Notes: generated by a model not told the origin, from the sequence alone. A stretch of DNA of 64,000 nucleotides from Patescibacteria group bacterium (GCA_028713575.1 JAQTOB010000003.1:1951-65950), one strand, 5' to 3'. Shown: positions 46,712 to 58,285, numbered from the stretch's first letter. Numbers and translations are program-made.

Positions 46712-47494
46712 ATGTATTTTTATATTTACGATTCTTTTTTAGCTGAAAAAAAATATCTTAGGATTCTTTCTAAAATAGAAACGAGATTGGCTAGTTTGGA
46801 CATTGCCGGGAAAAAATATCAACTTTCTATTTTAAGAAGTGTTAAAGAAATAGTGGACGAAATCCTTACAAAAGAATCGCCCACCATTATTGTTGTTGGC
46901 GGAGACCAAACTTTTTATCAAGCGGCCTTAGCCGCGGCCGGGACATCGGCGGTTTTGGGATTTATCCCCACAGAACAAGATTCTTTGGTCGCTGGAATTT
47001 TGGGCCTGCCGATTAATGAATGTTCTTGTGATATTATTTCCGCCCGACGAATAGAGGAAATTAACACGGGGAGAATCAACAACGAAAGATTTTTTTCCTC
47101 AATAATTTTTGAAGCGAATAAAACAACCATTAAGGCGGACGAAAAATACGAGATAGTTCCTCAAAAAATAAAATTAATTAAGGTTATCAATTTAGATATG
47201 TTGTGTTTTGATAAAATTTTTTCCGAACCGGACTGGCCAAGATTGGCCAGTAATCCCAAAGATAACCAATTAGAAGTTTTAATGGGAACTCCAGAAAGAA
47301 AACTTTTATTTTTTAAAAAAAAGGAGAAAAGAGACAGCTTGTTTTTTGTTAAAAAATTAGAAATAAAATCTAAAAAACACGACCAAGAAATTTTAATTAA
47401 AGTTGATCGCCATCGAACAGTTAAAACGCCGGCGGTGGTAAAAACCGCCAAAGAAAAAATTAATTTAATTGTAGGAAAAGACAGAATTGTTTAA
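46712..47494 (+). CDS. diacylglycerol-kinase-catalytic-domain (YegS/NAD-kinase fold) lipid kinase-like protein
   Basis: IVVGGDQT (GGDGT-type motif). Confidence 0.45.
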   Translation: MYFYIYDSFLAEKKYLRILSKIETRLASLDIAGKKYQLSILRSVKEIVDEILTKESPTIIVVGGDQTFYQAALAAAGTSAVLGFIPTEQDSLVAGILGLPINECSCDIISARRIEEINTGRINNERFFSSIIFEANKTTIKADEKYEIVPQKIKLIKVINLDMLCFDKIFSEPDWPRLASNPKDNQLEVLMGTPERKLLFFKKKEKRDSLFFVKKLEIKSKKHDQEILIKVDRHRTVKTPAVVKTAKEKINLIVGKDRIV

Positions 47495-49049
47495 TGTTTT
47501 AAAAAACAAAGAATTAAACAAATTAATAATTAAAATGAAAATACTTTTTGTTGCTTCAGAAGTAAATCCAATTATAAAAGTGGGGGGGATTGCCGATGTT
47601 GTTGGCTCTTTAAGTAAAGAGATAAAAAAATTTGGTCAAGATGTAAGAATAGTTATTCCTTTTTATCGGATTTTAAGAGGAAGAAAATTTTTAAAAAAAG
47701 CTTTGTTTAAAATTCAAATTGACGGAAAGGGGGAAACCGTGGAAGTTTTTCAAACATTTTTGCCCCGCATTGGCGGCCGGTCAAAAATAAGCGTTTATTT
47801 GATAAAAAATAGCCATTATCTTATTGAAAAAGGGGTTTATTTAGACACGAGAAAATTTTTACATTTATCCAGATTTTTGTTTTTTTCCAAAGCGGTTACA
47901 GAAATGTTTCCTGCCATTAATTGGACACCCGAAATTATTCATTGTCACGATTGGCACGCCGGAGCAATTCCTTTATTTTTAAAAGTTAATCAAAATCAAA
48001 TTCATTTAACGGGCAGAGGAAAATTGATTTTAAACAAAGAAGACCTTAAAATTAAAAAAATAAAAACTTTGTTTACCATTCACAATCTTTTAACCCAGGG
48101 CTATTGGAATCATTCGCGAGTCATAGAATTTTTAGGATTAAAAGGAGATGAAGCGCCTTCTTTATTTGAAAAATCATCAGGACCCTACGGAGACAATTTC
48201 AATGTTGTCCAACAGGCGATTCTTAATGCGGATTTAATCAATGCGGTCAGTCCGACTTATGCAAAAGAAATAAAAACAAATTCTTATTATGCCCGAGGAT
48301 TGGACCAAACAATAAAAAAAAGAAAAAAAGACATATTTGGCATTCTCAACGGAATTGAAATAAAGTTGTTTAATCCATCAACGGATAAATACATAAAGAA
48401 AAATTATTCTTTAAAAACAATAAATTTAAAAGAAATCAATAAAACAGAATTACAAAAAGAGGCGGGTTTGGAAAAAAATTTGAAAATTCCGTTATTGGCG
48501 GTGATTTCTCGTTTAGATGTTCAAAAGGGAATAGATTTAATTTATAAATCAGCCAATCAGATTCTTAAAAAAGGCGCGCAAATAGTTTTTTTAGGGCAAG
48601 GAGACAAAAAATATGAAGAAGCACTGTTAAAAATTGCCCGGAATTATCCCGGGCGGATGTCTGTTTACATTAAATTTGACGCCGAATTAGCTCAACGAAT
48701 TTATGCCGGCGCTGATATTTTTTTAATGCCCTCCCGCTTTGAACCATGCGGTTTAGTTCAGTTGATTGCCATGCGGTACGGAACCATTCCGGTGGTAAGA
48801 GAAACCGGGGGACTAAAAGACACAGTAGAAAAAGCAAAAGTAACCAAGGGAAAAATCGTCAGAGGAACAGGATTTGTTTTTAAAAAATATTCATCACAAG
48901 CATTTTTGAACAGTATTAATCAGGCCTTGAGTTTTTATAAACAACCGAACATTTGGCGACAGCTACAAAAAAATGCCATGAAAAGAGATTTTTCTTGGAA
49001 AAAATCAGCGGGAGAATATCTAAAAATATATAAGAAACTATTAAAATAA
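47487..49049 (+). CDS. glgA: glycogen synthase, second GT5 paralog
   Basis: KILFVASEVNPIIKVGGIADVV (K-x-GG motif). 520 aa. The true start is probably the Met of MKILFVASE. Confidence 0.8.
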   Translation: MFNVLKNKELNKLIIKMKILFVASEVNPIIKVGGIADVVGSLSKEIKKFGQDVRIVIPFYRILRGRKFLKKALFKIQIDGKGETVEVFQTFLPRIGGRSKISVYLIKNSHYLIEKGVYLDTRKFLHLSRFLFFSKAVTEMFPAINWTPEIIHCHDWHAGAIPLFLKVNQNQIHLTGRGKLILNKEDLKIKKIKTLFTIHNLLTQGYWNHSRVIEFLGLKGDEAPSLFEKSSGPYGDNFNVVQQAILNADLINAVSPTYAKEIKTNSYYARGLDQTIKKRKKDIFGILNGIEIKLFNPSTDKYIKKNYSLKTINLKEINKTELQKEAGLEKNLKIPLLAVISRLDVQKGIDLIYKSANQILKKGAQIVFLGQGDKKYEEALLKIARNYPGRMSVYIKFDAELAQRIYAGADIFLMPSRFEPCGLVQLIAMRYGTIPVVRETGGLKDTVEKAKVTKGKIVRGTGFVFKKYSSQAFLNSINQALSFYKQPNIWRQLQKNAMKRDFSWKKSAGEYLKIYKKLLK

Positions 49050-49091
49050 ACATTAAAATTATTACAAATCTCATTAGAAATAGAGTTTCCA

Positions 49092-49760
49092 ATGAGGTTG
49101 AAGGGATTAATTTATTTAATTTTTAACGGAATGAAAATTACCTGGTACGGACAATCTTGTTTTAAATTACAAAACAATCAAGAAATTGTTATTATTGATC
49201 CTCGGGGCCCAAAAAAAGTGGGACTGAAAGGACCAAGCCTAAAAGCAACAATTTTTATTTTAACTGACCCCGATGATAAAAAAGTTTTAGAAATAAAAGA
49301 CGGAATGATAATCAATTCCCCGGGGGAATATGAAGTAAAAGGGATTATGGTTTATGGAATAGATTGTTCAAGGAAAAATAAAAATTTAATAATTTATCAA
49401 GTTGAAATAGATAAAATTAAATATGGATTTTTAGGAGAAATAAATACCCAGCTTAAAAGCGAAGAATTAGAACACTTGGACGGAATAGATGTTTTATTTG
49501 TTCCTGTTGGAGGAAAAGATGCGCTTAATGCAGATAAGGCCGTAGAAATAATTAACTCTGTTGAGCCAAAAATTGTCATTCCTTGTTGTTATAAATCTGC
49601 CAGCTGGCAGACTAAAATTAAAACAAACATCGGAACATTGGACGAATTTTTAAAAGAAATGGGAGTTAAAAAGGTGGAAAAATTAGAAAAACTTTTATTG
49701 AATAAAAAGGATTTACCAACAGAAGAAACTAAGGTTATTATCTTGGAACCTAAAATTTAA
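49092..49760 (+). CDS. metallo-beta-lactamase-fold hydrolase (UPF0173-like)
   Basis: MKITWYGQSCFKL N-terminus typical of small MBL-fold hydrolases. Confidence 0.45.
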   Translation: MRLKGLIYLIFNGMKITWYGQSCFKLQNNQEIVIIDPRGPKKVGLKGPSLKATIFILTDPDDKKVLEIKDGMIINSPGEYEVKGIMVYGIDCSRKNKNLIIYQVEIDKIKYGFLGEINTQLKSEELEHLDGIDVLFVPVGGKDALNADKAVEIINSVEPKIVIPCCYKSASWQTKIKTNIGTLDEFLKEMGVKKVEKLEKLLLNKKDLPTEETKVIILEPKI

Positions 49761-49764
49761 AATT

Positions 49765-50037
49765 ATGTTGAAAGGAGCTCTAAATGTTATTGTAATTATA
49801 ATTTTTATCTTTATTTTTTTGGTTTGGTTTCTTGATTTAACCGCCTCTAACCAGACGGAAGGCAATTTAATTAAAATGCTTGAGGGGGCGGTAATTGAAG
49901 CGGGGAAATCTTTTAAAGAATTTAAAGATAACATAAACCTGTTTAGGGGCGAAAAATCTTTCGTGCCATTAAATGAAACAGAAATAGATATTTTAAAAGA
50001 AAAAATTTTACAGCATGAAGATGAAGAAAAAAAATAA
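49765..50037 (+). CDS. small membrane protein (hypothetical)
   Basis: One TM. Overlaps the gyrA start. Confidence 0.3.
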   Translation: MLKGALNVIVIIIFIFIFLVWFLDLTASNQTEGNLIKMLEGAVIEAGKSFKEFKDNINLFRGEKSFVPLNETEIDILKEKILQHEDEEKK

Positions 50038-53000
50038 AAAACCTGAAATTAATAAAAAAGAAAATTTGTTAAACGGGCCTTCTATAGAAATTAGAAAAGA
50101 AAAGATAGAGTTAGTTGACATGGAGCAAGAAGTCAGCCGCTGTTATATAGATTACGCCATGAGTGTTATTGTTTCTCGCGCTCTTCCTGACGTGCGTGAT
50201 GGTTTAAAGCCGGTTCATCGACGAATCCTCTATGCAATGTTTGAAATGGGCTTAAAACCCAATGTTAAATATAGAAAATCGGCAACAGTGGTAGGAGAAG
50301 TTTTGGGGAAATTTCATCCACATGGCGACGCCGCGGTTTATGACGCCATGGTAAGAATGGCTCAGGACTTTTCTTTACGTTATCCTTTAATTGATGGCCA
50401 AGGGAACTGGGGGTCTAATGAAGATGAGGCGGCCCATATGAGATACTGTATTGGCGGAAATTCATTGGTTATTACTAATAGATGTTTAGAGAGGATAGAG
50501 AACATCTCAAAGAAAGAGAATATAAACATCAAAGTACTTTCCTTTGACAATAAAATAAACAGGGCGTCAAAATGGTTTGATTCGGGACTCCACCCCACTT
50601 TAACCGTTAGGACGTTCAGGGGGATGACTCTTTGTGGAAGCTTTAACCATCCCATTTTGACCTGGGATTTAAACGGAGAAAAGCCGGGATTCAAGTGGAA
50701 GTTGTTGGAAAATTTGGAGAAAAACGATTACGCGGTGATTTCCAGGAGCGATCCGCTTTGGTCCGGGAAAGACCCTCTTTTGAAAAAATTCCATCAAATC
50801 CCCGTAAACAAAAGGACGAAAGTTCACGTTTTGCCCAAGAAAATGACACCGGAATTGGCTTTTATTCTCGGAGCGATAATCGCCGAAGGATATACGGCTA
50901 AGGGATATCGCAATTCGGGGAGCAAAAAATGGCAGCCGCCGTATATCGGATTTTGTAACAGTAATGAAGAATTTATAGAAAAATTCAAGCAGAATTTCAA
51001 AAAAACATTTCCAGACTGCCGTTTACATGAATTTAAACGCCGGTCGCAGGGGCGGACCAGAAAAAAATACGTTTTGGAAGTCCGCTCAAAACACGTAGTC
51101 GATTTTTTAATAAACCTCGGTTTGAAACATTGTCGGGCCGGAGACAAAACTGTTCCTCCGGCGTTGTTCCACGCTTCTCCCAAAACGATAACCACTTTTC
51201 TTAGGGCCTATGCGGAGGGCGAAGGCAGCGTTTATGAGAGCGTGAATAAAAAAAGAAAAAGCGTTTATTCAACCGTCGTTTTGGCTTCCAAGGGAAAACG
51301 ATTATTGGAAGAGATTCAAATTATTCTGTTAAGATTAGGGATAGTCTCTTCCTTCAGGAACAAAAAACAGAGAAATACACACAGATTATTTATCTTTGGT
51401 TACGATAATCTGAATCTGTTTCGGCAACATATCAATTTTGTTTCTCACGACAAAATTAGTCGTCTTCTGAAATCCATACAGAATAACGGGGGAGATAAAG
51501 CCATATCCAAAGCGGATTATATCCCTTTCATGACAGAGTATATAAGAGATAAATACAAGAAAAAGCGGTCCGTGATTCACGAGGACCAAAAGTGGATAGA
51601 AAAGCACAATTTTGATAGATTGCCGAAAATAAAAAATTACTGGGACAAAATCAAATCCATTCTCGATGAAGGCGATGTAAAATTACTCAATAGTCTAATA
51701 AAAAATAATTATTTATTTGACAAAATTGTTTCAATCAGAAAGAGCGGTTTTCAAAAAGTCTATTCTCTAAAAGTAGAAAGCGATTGTCATTCTTTTATTT
51801 CCAATGGTTTTATCAGCCACAACACCGAGTGTCGTCTGGCGCCCATTGCCGAAGAGGTTTTGGCTGACATTGACAAAAAAACAGTTGACCTAATTTCCAA
51901 CTATGATGGAACATTAAAAGAGCCCGTTGTTCTTCCAACAAAAATTCCCACTTTAATTCTCAATGGTTCAATGGGAATCGCCGTAGGGATGGCCACTAAT
52001 ATTCCCCCTCACAATCTAACGGAAGTTTGCAACGCCCTAAATTATTTAATTGACCATCCTGAGGCAGAAATAGAAGAAATTTTTAAATTTATTAATGGGC
52101 CCGATTTTCCAACGGGCGGCATTATTTTTAATTCTGATCAGATAAAACAAGTTTACGCCATTGGTAAGGGCCCGATTTTAATGAGAGCTAAAACAGAAAT
52201 TATTGAAAAAAATCTTAGTAGTTTTTGCATCATTATCAACGAACTTCCTTATCAAGTTAATAAAGCCGTTCTTTTACAAAAAATTGCCGAGTTAGTAAAA
52301 GACAAAAGAATTGAGGATATTAAGGATATTCGCGACGAGTCAGACAGAGAGGGAATCAGAATTGTTATTGAGCTTAAAAAGGGAGCATATCCTCAAAAGG
52401 TTTTAAACAAACTTTTTAAGCTTACTGATTTACAAATGACTTTTCATGTTAATATGGTTTCTTTAATTAATGGAATCCAGCCAAGAGTTATGGGATTAAA
52501 GGGGGTTTTAGAAGAGTATATTCAACACCGTCAAATTATTGTTAGACGAAGAAGTGAGTATGATTTGGAAAAAACAAACGAAAGAATTCACATTTTAAAA
52601 GGGTTGCAAACGGCATTGGACCATTTAGACGAGATTATAAAAATAATCAGACATTCTCAGGACAGAGAAACTGCTAAAAATAATTTAATAAAAAAATATA
52701 GATTAACCGAGGTTCAGGCTCAGGCAATATTAGAGACAAAACTTCATCAATTAGCTAACTTAGAAAGACAAAAAATTAAAGAGGAATTAAAAGAAAAAAT
52801 TCAAAAAGCCAAAGAATTAGAAACATTACTCGCTCAACCCAAAATGATTTTAGACATTATAAAGAAAGAAACCAAAGAATTAAAAGAAAAATATGGGGAC
52901 GAAAGAAGGACCCAGGTGGTTTCTCAAGGGGTGGAAAATTTTAAGGAAGAAGATTTAGTCCCCAATGAGCCGGCGATTATTATTATTACTCAAGACGGTT

Positions 53001-53923
53001 ATATAAAAAGAATTTCTCCAGAAAATTTTAAAATTCAGGCGAGAGGAGGAAAGGGGGTGACGGGATTAGAAATCAAAGAAGAAGATAGAGTTCAACATTT
53101 AATTGCTACAACCACTCATGCTAATGTTTTGTTTTTTACCACAAAAGGAAAAGTTTTTCAATTAAAAACCTATGACGTTCCTCAGGCACAACGGGCCGCC
53201 AAAGGACAGGCGTTAGTTAATTTTTTAGAAACAGGACCACAAGAAAAAATATCTTCAATTTTGCCGATTTCAGATTTGAAAAATTATAAAAATTTAGTGA
53301 TGGTTACGCGACAAGGGGTTATTAAAAAAGTTTCCATTAATGATTTTATTAACGTTAGAAGGTCGGGGTTGATTGCCATTAAATTAAAAGACAATGATGT
53401 TTTAAGGTGGGTGAAGCCCACAACAGGCAATGATGAAATAGTTTTGATTTCGGCCCTAGGACAGGCTATTAAATTTAAAGAAAAAGATTTAAGACCAATG
53501 GGGCGGGGAGCCACAGGCGTGAGGGGGATGAGAATAAAAAATCAGGATTTTATTGTTGGGATGGATGTTTATCAGGCCGGAAAAACAAATATTAATAACA
53601 AATTATTAGTAATTACTGAAAATGGCTTTGGAAAAATGACATTAATAAAAGATTATCGTTTTCAGCATCGGGGAGGGTCCGGCACTAAAACCGCTAAAAT
53701 TACAGATAAAACAGGGAAAATTGTTGATGCTAGACTAATTAATGAAAAAGATTTGCCCAATCACATAAAAGGAGATTTATTACTTATTTCTCAGCAGGGG
53801 CAGACCATCCGCTTGCCGATTAAAAGCATTCCCACCATGAGCCGGTCAACCCAGGGAGTGAGATTAATGCGCTTTTCAGCCAAAAACGGGAAGGACCAAG
53901 TAAGCTCTTCAACCTTAATTTAA
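50015..53923 (+). CDS. gyrA: DNA gyrase subunit A containing a 459-aa intein
   Basis: Extein is about 843 aa, with the active-site block ...EAAHMRY | (intein) | TECRLAPIA. GyrA-box region and C-terminal beta-pinwheel repeats present. Confidence 0.9.
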   Translation: MKMKKKNKKPEINKKENLLNGPSIEIRKEKIELVDMEQEVSRCYIDYAMSVIVSRALPDVRDGLKPVHRRILYAMFEMGLKPNVKYRKSATVVGEVLGKFHPHGDAAVYDAMVRMAQDFSLRYPLIDGQGNWGSNEDEAAHMRYCIGGNSLVITNRCLERIENISKKENINIKVLSFDNKINRASKWFDSGLHPTLTVRTFRGMTLCGSFNHPILTWDLNGEKPGFKWKLLENLEKNDYAVISRSDPLWSGKDPLLKKFHQIPVNKRTKVHVLPKKMTPELAFILGAIIAEGYTAKGYRNSGSKKWQPPYIGFCNSNEEFIEKFKQNFKKTFPDCRLHEFKRRSQGRTRKKYVLEVRSKHVVDFLINLGLKHCRAGDKTVPPALFHASPKTITTFLRAYAEGEGSVYESVNKKRKSVYSTVVLASKGKRLLEEIQIILLRLGIVSSFRNKKQRNTHRLFIFGYDNLNLFRQHINFVSHDKISRLLKSIQNNGGDKAISKADYIPFMTEYIRDKYKKKRSVIHEDQKWIEKHNFDRLPKIKNYWDKIKSILDEGDVKLLNSLIKNNYLFDKIVSIRKSGFQKVYSLKVESDCHSFISNGFISHNTECRLAPIAEEVLADIDKKTVDLISNYDGTLKEPVVLPTKIPTLILNGSMGIAVGMATNIPPHNLTEVCNALNYLIDHPEAEIEEIFKFINGPDFPTGGIIFNSDQIKQVYAIGKGPILMRAKTEIIEKNLSSFCIIINELPYQVNKAVLLQKIAELVKDKRIEDIKDIRDESDREGIRIVIELKKGAYPQKVLNKLFKLTDLQMTFHVNMVSLINGIQPRVMGLKGVLEEYIQHRQIIVRRRSEYDLEKTNERIHILKGLQTALDHLDEIIKIIRHSQDRETAKNNLIKKYRLTEVQAQAILETKLHQLANLERQKIKEELKEKIQKAKELETLLAQPKMILDIIKKETKELKEKYGDERRTQVVSQGVENFKEEDLVPNEPAIIIITQDGYIKRISPENFKIQARGGKGVTGLEIKEEDRVQHLIATTTHANVLFFTTKGKVFQLKTYDVPQAQRAAKGQALVNFLETGPQEKISSILPISDLKNYKNLVMVTRQGVIKKVSINDFINVRRSGLIAIKLKDNDVLRWVKPTTGNDEIVLISALGQAIKFKEKDLRPMGRGATGVRGMRIKNQDFIVGMDVYQAGKTNINNKLLVITENGFGKMTLIKDYRFQHRGGSGTKTAKITDKTGKIVDARLINEKDLPNHIKGDLLLISQQGQTIRLPIKSIPTMSRSTQGVRLMRFSAKNGKDQVSSSTLI
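50447..51823 (+). mobile_element. GyrA intein with LAGLIDADG (DOD) homing-endonuclease domain, inserted next to the catalytic Tyr
   Basis: Starts with Cys ([11 protein letters not shown]). Ends ...FISHN followed by Thr +1. Internal LAGLIDADG blocks [13 protein letters not shown] and [12 protein letters not shown]. In frame, 1377 nt. Confidence 0.85.
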
Positions 53924-53930
53924 TTAATAT

Positions 53931-54563
53931 ATGGAAAATTTAAACCAAAAACTTATCAATTTGGGTTATTTAAAAAGCCCTCAAATTATTCATGCTTTTG
54001 AAAAAATAAAGAGACGAGATTTTGTTATTCAGGAATTATTTTATCAAGCAGAAGAAAATGTTCCTTTGTCTATCGGACACGGGCAAACGATTTCTCAGCC
54101 ACTAACGGTCGCTTTTATGTTAGAACTTTTAGACCCGCAGCCGGGACAAAAAATTTTAGACATTGGGTCCGGTTCTGGTTGGACAGCCGCCCTTTTGGCG
54201 GAGATAGTTGGGGAAAAAGGAAAGATTTTTGCCATTGAAAGAATTGAAGTGTTAAAAATTTTTGGAGAAAAAAATGTTGATAAATATGGCTTTGTTAAAT
54301 CAAAAAGAGTTGTTTTTAAAACGGGAAACGGGATTAAGGGCTTAATTAAAGAATCGCCATTTGATCGGATTCATGTTGGCGCGGCCGCCAATAAAATTCC
54401 CGAAGATTTGTTAAAACAATTAGCAATTGGGGGCAAAATGGTGATTCCTCAGGGAATTAATTTTCAAGATATAGTTTTAATAGAAAAAAGAGGAAAAAAC
54501 CAATATCAGCAGAAAAATTATCCCGGTTTTGCTTTTGTTCCGTTGATTGAAGAAAAAAAATAA
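53931..54563 (+). CDS. pcm: protein-L-isoaspartate O-methyltransferase
   Basis: GHGQTISQP ... ILDIGSGSGWTAALLAE. 210 aa. Confidence 0.8.
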   Translation: MENLNQKLINLGYLKSPQIIHAFEKIKRRDFVIQELFYQAEENVPLSIGHGQTISQPLTVAFMLELLDPQPGQKILDIGSGSGWTAALLAEIVGEKGKIFAIERIEVLKIFGEKNVDKYGFVKSKRVVFKTGNGIKGLIKESPFDRIHVGAAANKIPEDLLKQLAIGGKMVIPQGINFQDIVLIEKRGKNQYQQKNYPGFAFVPLIEEKK

Positions 54564-54568
54564 TTACA

Positions 54569-56797
54569 ATGTTTGCCAAAAAAAATAAAAATTTAATTTT
54601 TATTTGTTTATTAGTATTCCAAATAATAAACCCTTTTAATTTTATAGAAAAAACAAAAGCCCTTGAACGGGATTCAGGGTCTGTCCCCGGCGAACTTTTA
54701 ATAAAATTAAAAGGAAATTCTAAAATTTATAAAGTAAAAATCACAGACAATTTAATGGAAAGACAAAGGGTTGTTTTGGATATGCCGGAAGTGGAATGGG
54801 CGGAGCCCAATTATTTGTTTAAAATGAGTTATTTGCCCAATGATTTGTATTATCATGAACAATGGTATTTTAATAAAATAAAAACTCCGCAAGCTTGGGA
54901 CCTAATAAAGGGCGGAGACGGCGATATTATAATTGCTGTTTTAGACACAGGGGTGGACATTGACCATCCGGACATTAAAAAGAATGTATGGATCAATCAA
55001 AATGAGGTTTCCAATGACGGAAAAGACAATGATAACAACGGTTATATAGACGACTTAAATGGCTGGGATTTTATTAGAAATAATCCTAATCCCCGGCCAA
55101 AATTTGATGAATTATATACTGAAGGAGGAATCCATCACGGAACCTTGGTAGCCGGGATTGCTGCTGCCAGTGGAGACAATAACGAGGGGGTTTTAGGAAT
55201 TGCCTGGCAGAGTAAAATAATGCCCTTAAGAGTGTTAAACAGCGAGGGGGTTGGCAGTGTAGACCACGTTATTCAAGCAATTAATTATGCGGTCAACAAC
55301 GGAGCTAATGTTATAAATTTAAGTTTTGTTGGAACGAGTAAAAGTTATTTTTTGGCCGAAGCGCTAAAGTCCGCTTGGCACAAGGGTTTGATTATCGTTG
55401 CCGCGGCTGGGAATGAAACAACCGATCAACCGGTTAATTTAAATCAAAGTCCGAATTATCCGATTTGTCTTGATGAAAAAGATGAAAATTTTATTATTGG
55501 CGTGGCGGCCGTGGATAATACTGATCGCAAGGCCCTTTTTTCCGATTATGGATCAAATTGCGTTGACATTTCTGCTCCGGGCACGAGAATTTATGGCCTT
55601 TTGTCTTACAATCAAAATTATGATGGCTTTAAAGAATATTACGGCGGTTATTGGTCTGGCACCTCACTTGCCGCTCCCATGGTTTCTGGTTTGGCCGCTT
55701 TAGTTTGGTCTGTTAATCCCCTTTTTAGCAATAAACAGGTCCAAAATTTTATTTTATCAAAAGCAGATGGGATTAATTTAATCAATCCTAATTATAAAAA
55801 TCAGTTAGGGACGGGGAGAATAAATGCTTATCAGGCGGTAGAATATGCTTATAATCAACTAAGCGGATTGCCGCAATCTCATTATATTGTTACCGGCGCG
55901 GGCGCCAGCGGCGGACCTCATATTAGGGCTTTTGACTCTTCGGGTTTATTGATTAGTAATTTTTTCGCTTTTCATGAAAGTTTTAGGGGCGGTGTAAATG
56001 TGGCGGCCGGAGATGTTGATGGCGACGGCCGGGACGAAATTATTGCCGGCGCGGGCGCCAGCGGCGGACCCCATATCAGAGTTTTTGATTTATATGGACA
56101 ACCGAAAGGAGGATTTTTCGCTTTTCATGAAAGTTTTAGGGGCGGTGTAAATGTGGCGGCCGGAGATGTTGATGGCGACGGCCGGGACGAGATTATTACT
56201 GGAATAGGGAAAGGAGGGCTTCCTCAGGTTAAAATTTTTGATTTAACGGGTAATTTAAAAAAAGAAATAATGGCCTTTCATGAAAGTTTTAGGGGCGGTG
56301 TAAATGTGGCGGCCGGAGATGTTGATGGCGACGGTCGGGACGAGATTATTGCCGGCGCGGGCGCCAGTGGCGGACCCCATATCAGAGTTTTTGATAAAGA
56401 CGGCAATTTAAAATTTCATTTTTTTGCCTTTCATGAAAGTTTTAGGGGCGGTGTAAATGTGGCGGCCGGAGATGTTGATGGCGATATGAGAGATGAAATT
56501 ATTGTTAGCGTTGCTTCCGGCGCTTCGTCTTATGTTAGAATTTTTAGCCCAGAACTTCTTTTACTAAGATATCAATTTTTGGCCCATTCAAAGGATTTTT
56601 ATAACGGGGTCAGAATTGCAACCGCTGACTTTGACAATAATCAACAAGCGGAGATTATCACTTCTTCCGGTCCGATTATAGAACCGCAAGTGCAAGTTTT
56701 TGATTCATTGGGCGGACAATTGTCACAATTTTACGCCTATAATCGTTATTTTAGAGGCGGCGTAAATGTGGCAACAATAAGAACTCAAGGATATTAA
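54569..56797 (+). CDS. secreted subtilisin-like S8 serine peptidase with C-terminal FG-GAP-type beta-propeller repeats
   Basis: Asp (AVLDTGVD), His (HGTLVAG) and Ser (GTSLAAPMVSG) catalytic blocks. About six blades of FAFHESFRGGVNVAAGDVDGDGRDEII. Confidence 0.75.
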   Translation: MFAKKNKNLIFICLLVFQIINPFNFIEKTKALERDSGSVPGELLIKLKGNSKIYKVKITDNLMERQRVVLDMPEVEWAEPNYLFKMSYLPNDLYYHEQWYFNKIKTPQAWDLIKGGDGDIIIAVLDTGVDIDHPDIKKNVWINQNEVSNDGKDNDNNGYIDDLNGWDFIRNNPNPRPKFDELYTEGGIHHGTLVAGIAAASGDNNEGVLGIAWQSKIMPLRVLNSEGVGSVDHVIQAINYAVNNGANVINLSFVGTSKSYFLAEALKSAWHKGLIIVAAAGNETTDQPVNLNQSPNYPICLDEKDENFIIGVAAVDNTDRKALFSDYGSNCVDISAPGTRIYGLLSYNQNYDGFKEYYGGYWSGTSLAAPMVSGLAALVWSVNPLFSNKQVQNFILSKADGINLINPNYKNQLGTGRINAYQAVEYAYNQLSGLPQSHYIVTGAGASGGPHIRAFDSSGLLISNFFAFHESFRGGVNVAAGDVDGDGRDEIIAGAGASGGPHIRVFDLYGQPKGGFFAFHESFRGGVNVAAGDVDGDGRDEIITGIGKGGLPQVKIFDLTGNLKKEIMAFHESFRGGVNVAAGDVDGDGRDEIIAGAGASGGPHIRVFDKDGNLKFHFFAFHESFRGGVNVAAGDVDGDMRDEIIVSVASGASSYVRIFSPELLLLRYQFLAHSKDFYNGVRIATADFDNNQQAEIITSSGPIIEPQVQVFDSLGGQLSQFYAYNRYFRGGVNVATIRTQGY
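55890..56510 (+). repeat. four near-identical ~156-bp tandem DNA repeats encoding the FG-GAP blades
   Basis: ttcatgaaagttttaggggcggtgtaaatgtggcggccggagatgttgatggcgacgg recurs at about 55971, 56125, 56276 and 56432. Confidence 0.8.
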
Positions 56798-56819
56798 TAT
56801 ATAAATAAAAAATTATAAA

Positions 56820-57761
56820 ATGAATAGCTCAAAACAAATTTCGGAAATTAGAAAAGATTATTTTTTAAATAGATATGTAATTATCACGCCGACAAGAAGC
56901 AAACGTCCAAGAGAGACTAAAATAATTCCCGCTTTTGAAAACAAAAAAATAAAAGATTGCCCCCTCTGTCCCGGACAAATAAAAAAAAATCTTATAATTA
57001 AAAGTTATCCTTCTTTTAAAAAACAACCCTGGTCAGTGATGGTTATAAAAAATAAATATCCAATCGTTTCTTTAACAAATCAAAAATCATATGGTCAACA
57101 TGAAGTGGTTATAGAAACACCTGACCACAGCAAAGAACTTTCCCGTCTTAGTTTGAAAGAAATAATAAACCTTTTGAATGTATATCAAGATAGGACAAAA
57201 GAATTAAGTAAAATTAAAAAAATCAACTATATTTTAATTTTTAAAAACTATGGAGGAAAAGCCGGAGCGTCTTTAACTCACGCTCATTCCCAAATTTTTT
57301 GTTCAGAAGTTTTGCCGCCTGATTTAAGGGAAGAGTTTCAATTCATGCGTCAATATCAAAAGAAACACAAAACTTGCCCCTATTGTGATATTATTAGAAA
57401 AGAGGAAAAGGGCCCGCGAAAAATTTACAGCAACAAAGAAATGATTGCTATTGCTCCTTATTCTTCGGCTTATCATTATGAAACATGGATTTTCCCTCGC
57501 CGACATTTAGACAATATTGTTGATTTGAATAAAAAAGAAATAATTTCTTTAGCCATTTTTTTGAAAAAAATATTGACTAAATTGTTTAAAATAAATATTC
57601 CATATAATTTTTTTCTTCACCAGGTTATTTCTGAAAAAAATCAACATTTTTATTTAAAAATTCAACCCCGTGAATCAATTTGGGGAGGATTGGAATTGGG
57701 GTCAGGCCTGGTGGTCAATTCTTTGTCTCCAGAGAAGGCGGCAAGCTTTTTAAGAAAATAA
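56820..57761 (+). CDS. GalT-family (HIT-like) hexose-1-phosphate nucleotidyltransferase
   Basis: RYVIITPTRSKRP. Zn site CPLCPG. HAHSQI (HxHxQ). Confidence 0.55.
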   Translation: MNSSKQISEIRKDYFLNRYVIITPTRSKRPRETKIIPAFENKKIKDCPLCPGQIKKNLIIKSYPSFKKQPWSVMVIKNKYPIVSLTNQKSYGQHEVVIETPDHSKELSRLSLKEIINLLNVYQDRTKELSKIKKINYILIFKNYGGKAGASLTHAHSQIFCSEVLPPDLREEFQFMRQYQKKHKTCPYCDIIRKEEKGPRKIYSNKEMIAIAPYSSAYHYETWIFPRRHLDNIVDLNKKEIISLAIFLKKILTKLFKINIPYNFFLHQVISEKNQHFYLKIQPRESIWGGLELGSGLVVNSLSPEKAASFLRK

Positions 57762-57771
57762 TTTATTAATT

Positions 57772-58275
57772 ATGGCAAATAAATTTTGGTCAAAAATAAC
57801 GGGTCTAAAAAACGACATTTTGGAAAAAGACGGAGAAGAGGTGATGGTTTTTTATCAAGAAAAAAAGAAAAAACAATCTTTTAAAAAAGAGTTTCCTAAA
57901 CAAAAAAGGGAGGAAAAAATGTTTCAAGAAGAGTGGTTGCCTGATTCGGCCCAGGGACAATTAGTGATTGATCTTTATGAAAGGACGGACGTCTTGGTGA
58001 TTAAATCGGCCATTGCCGGAGCAAAAACTAAGGATATTGATATTACGGTTGAACCAGATTTAGTGGTGGTCAAGGGGGAAAAGTTGAAAGACGAGGATAG
58101 TGGGGCGGGAAAATATTATTATCAAGAATGTTTTTGGGGAAAATTTTCCCGGACAATTATTCTTCCCTGTCCGATAAAACCAGAACAAGTAAGGGCTAAT
58201 TTCAAAAATGGAATTTTAACAATTATTTTGCCTAAAGCAGAAGAAAGGGAGAAGAGAGTGGAAATCAAAGAATAA
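57772..58275 (+). CDS. Hsp20/alpha-crystallin small heat-shock protein
   Basis: ACD C-terminal NGILTIILPK motif. Confidence 0.75.
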   Translation: MANKFWSKITGLKNDILEKDGEEVMVFYQEKKKKQSFKKEFPKQKREEKMFQEEWLPDSAQGQLVIDLYERTDVLVIKSAIAGAKTKDIDITVEPDLVVVKGEKLKDEDSGAGKYYYQECFWGKFSRTIILPCPIKPEQVRANFKNGILTIILPKAEEREKRVEIKE

Positions 58276-58285
58276 ATTCTAAAAG

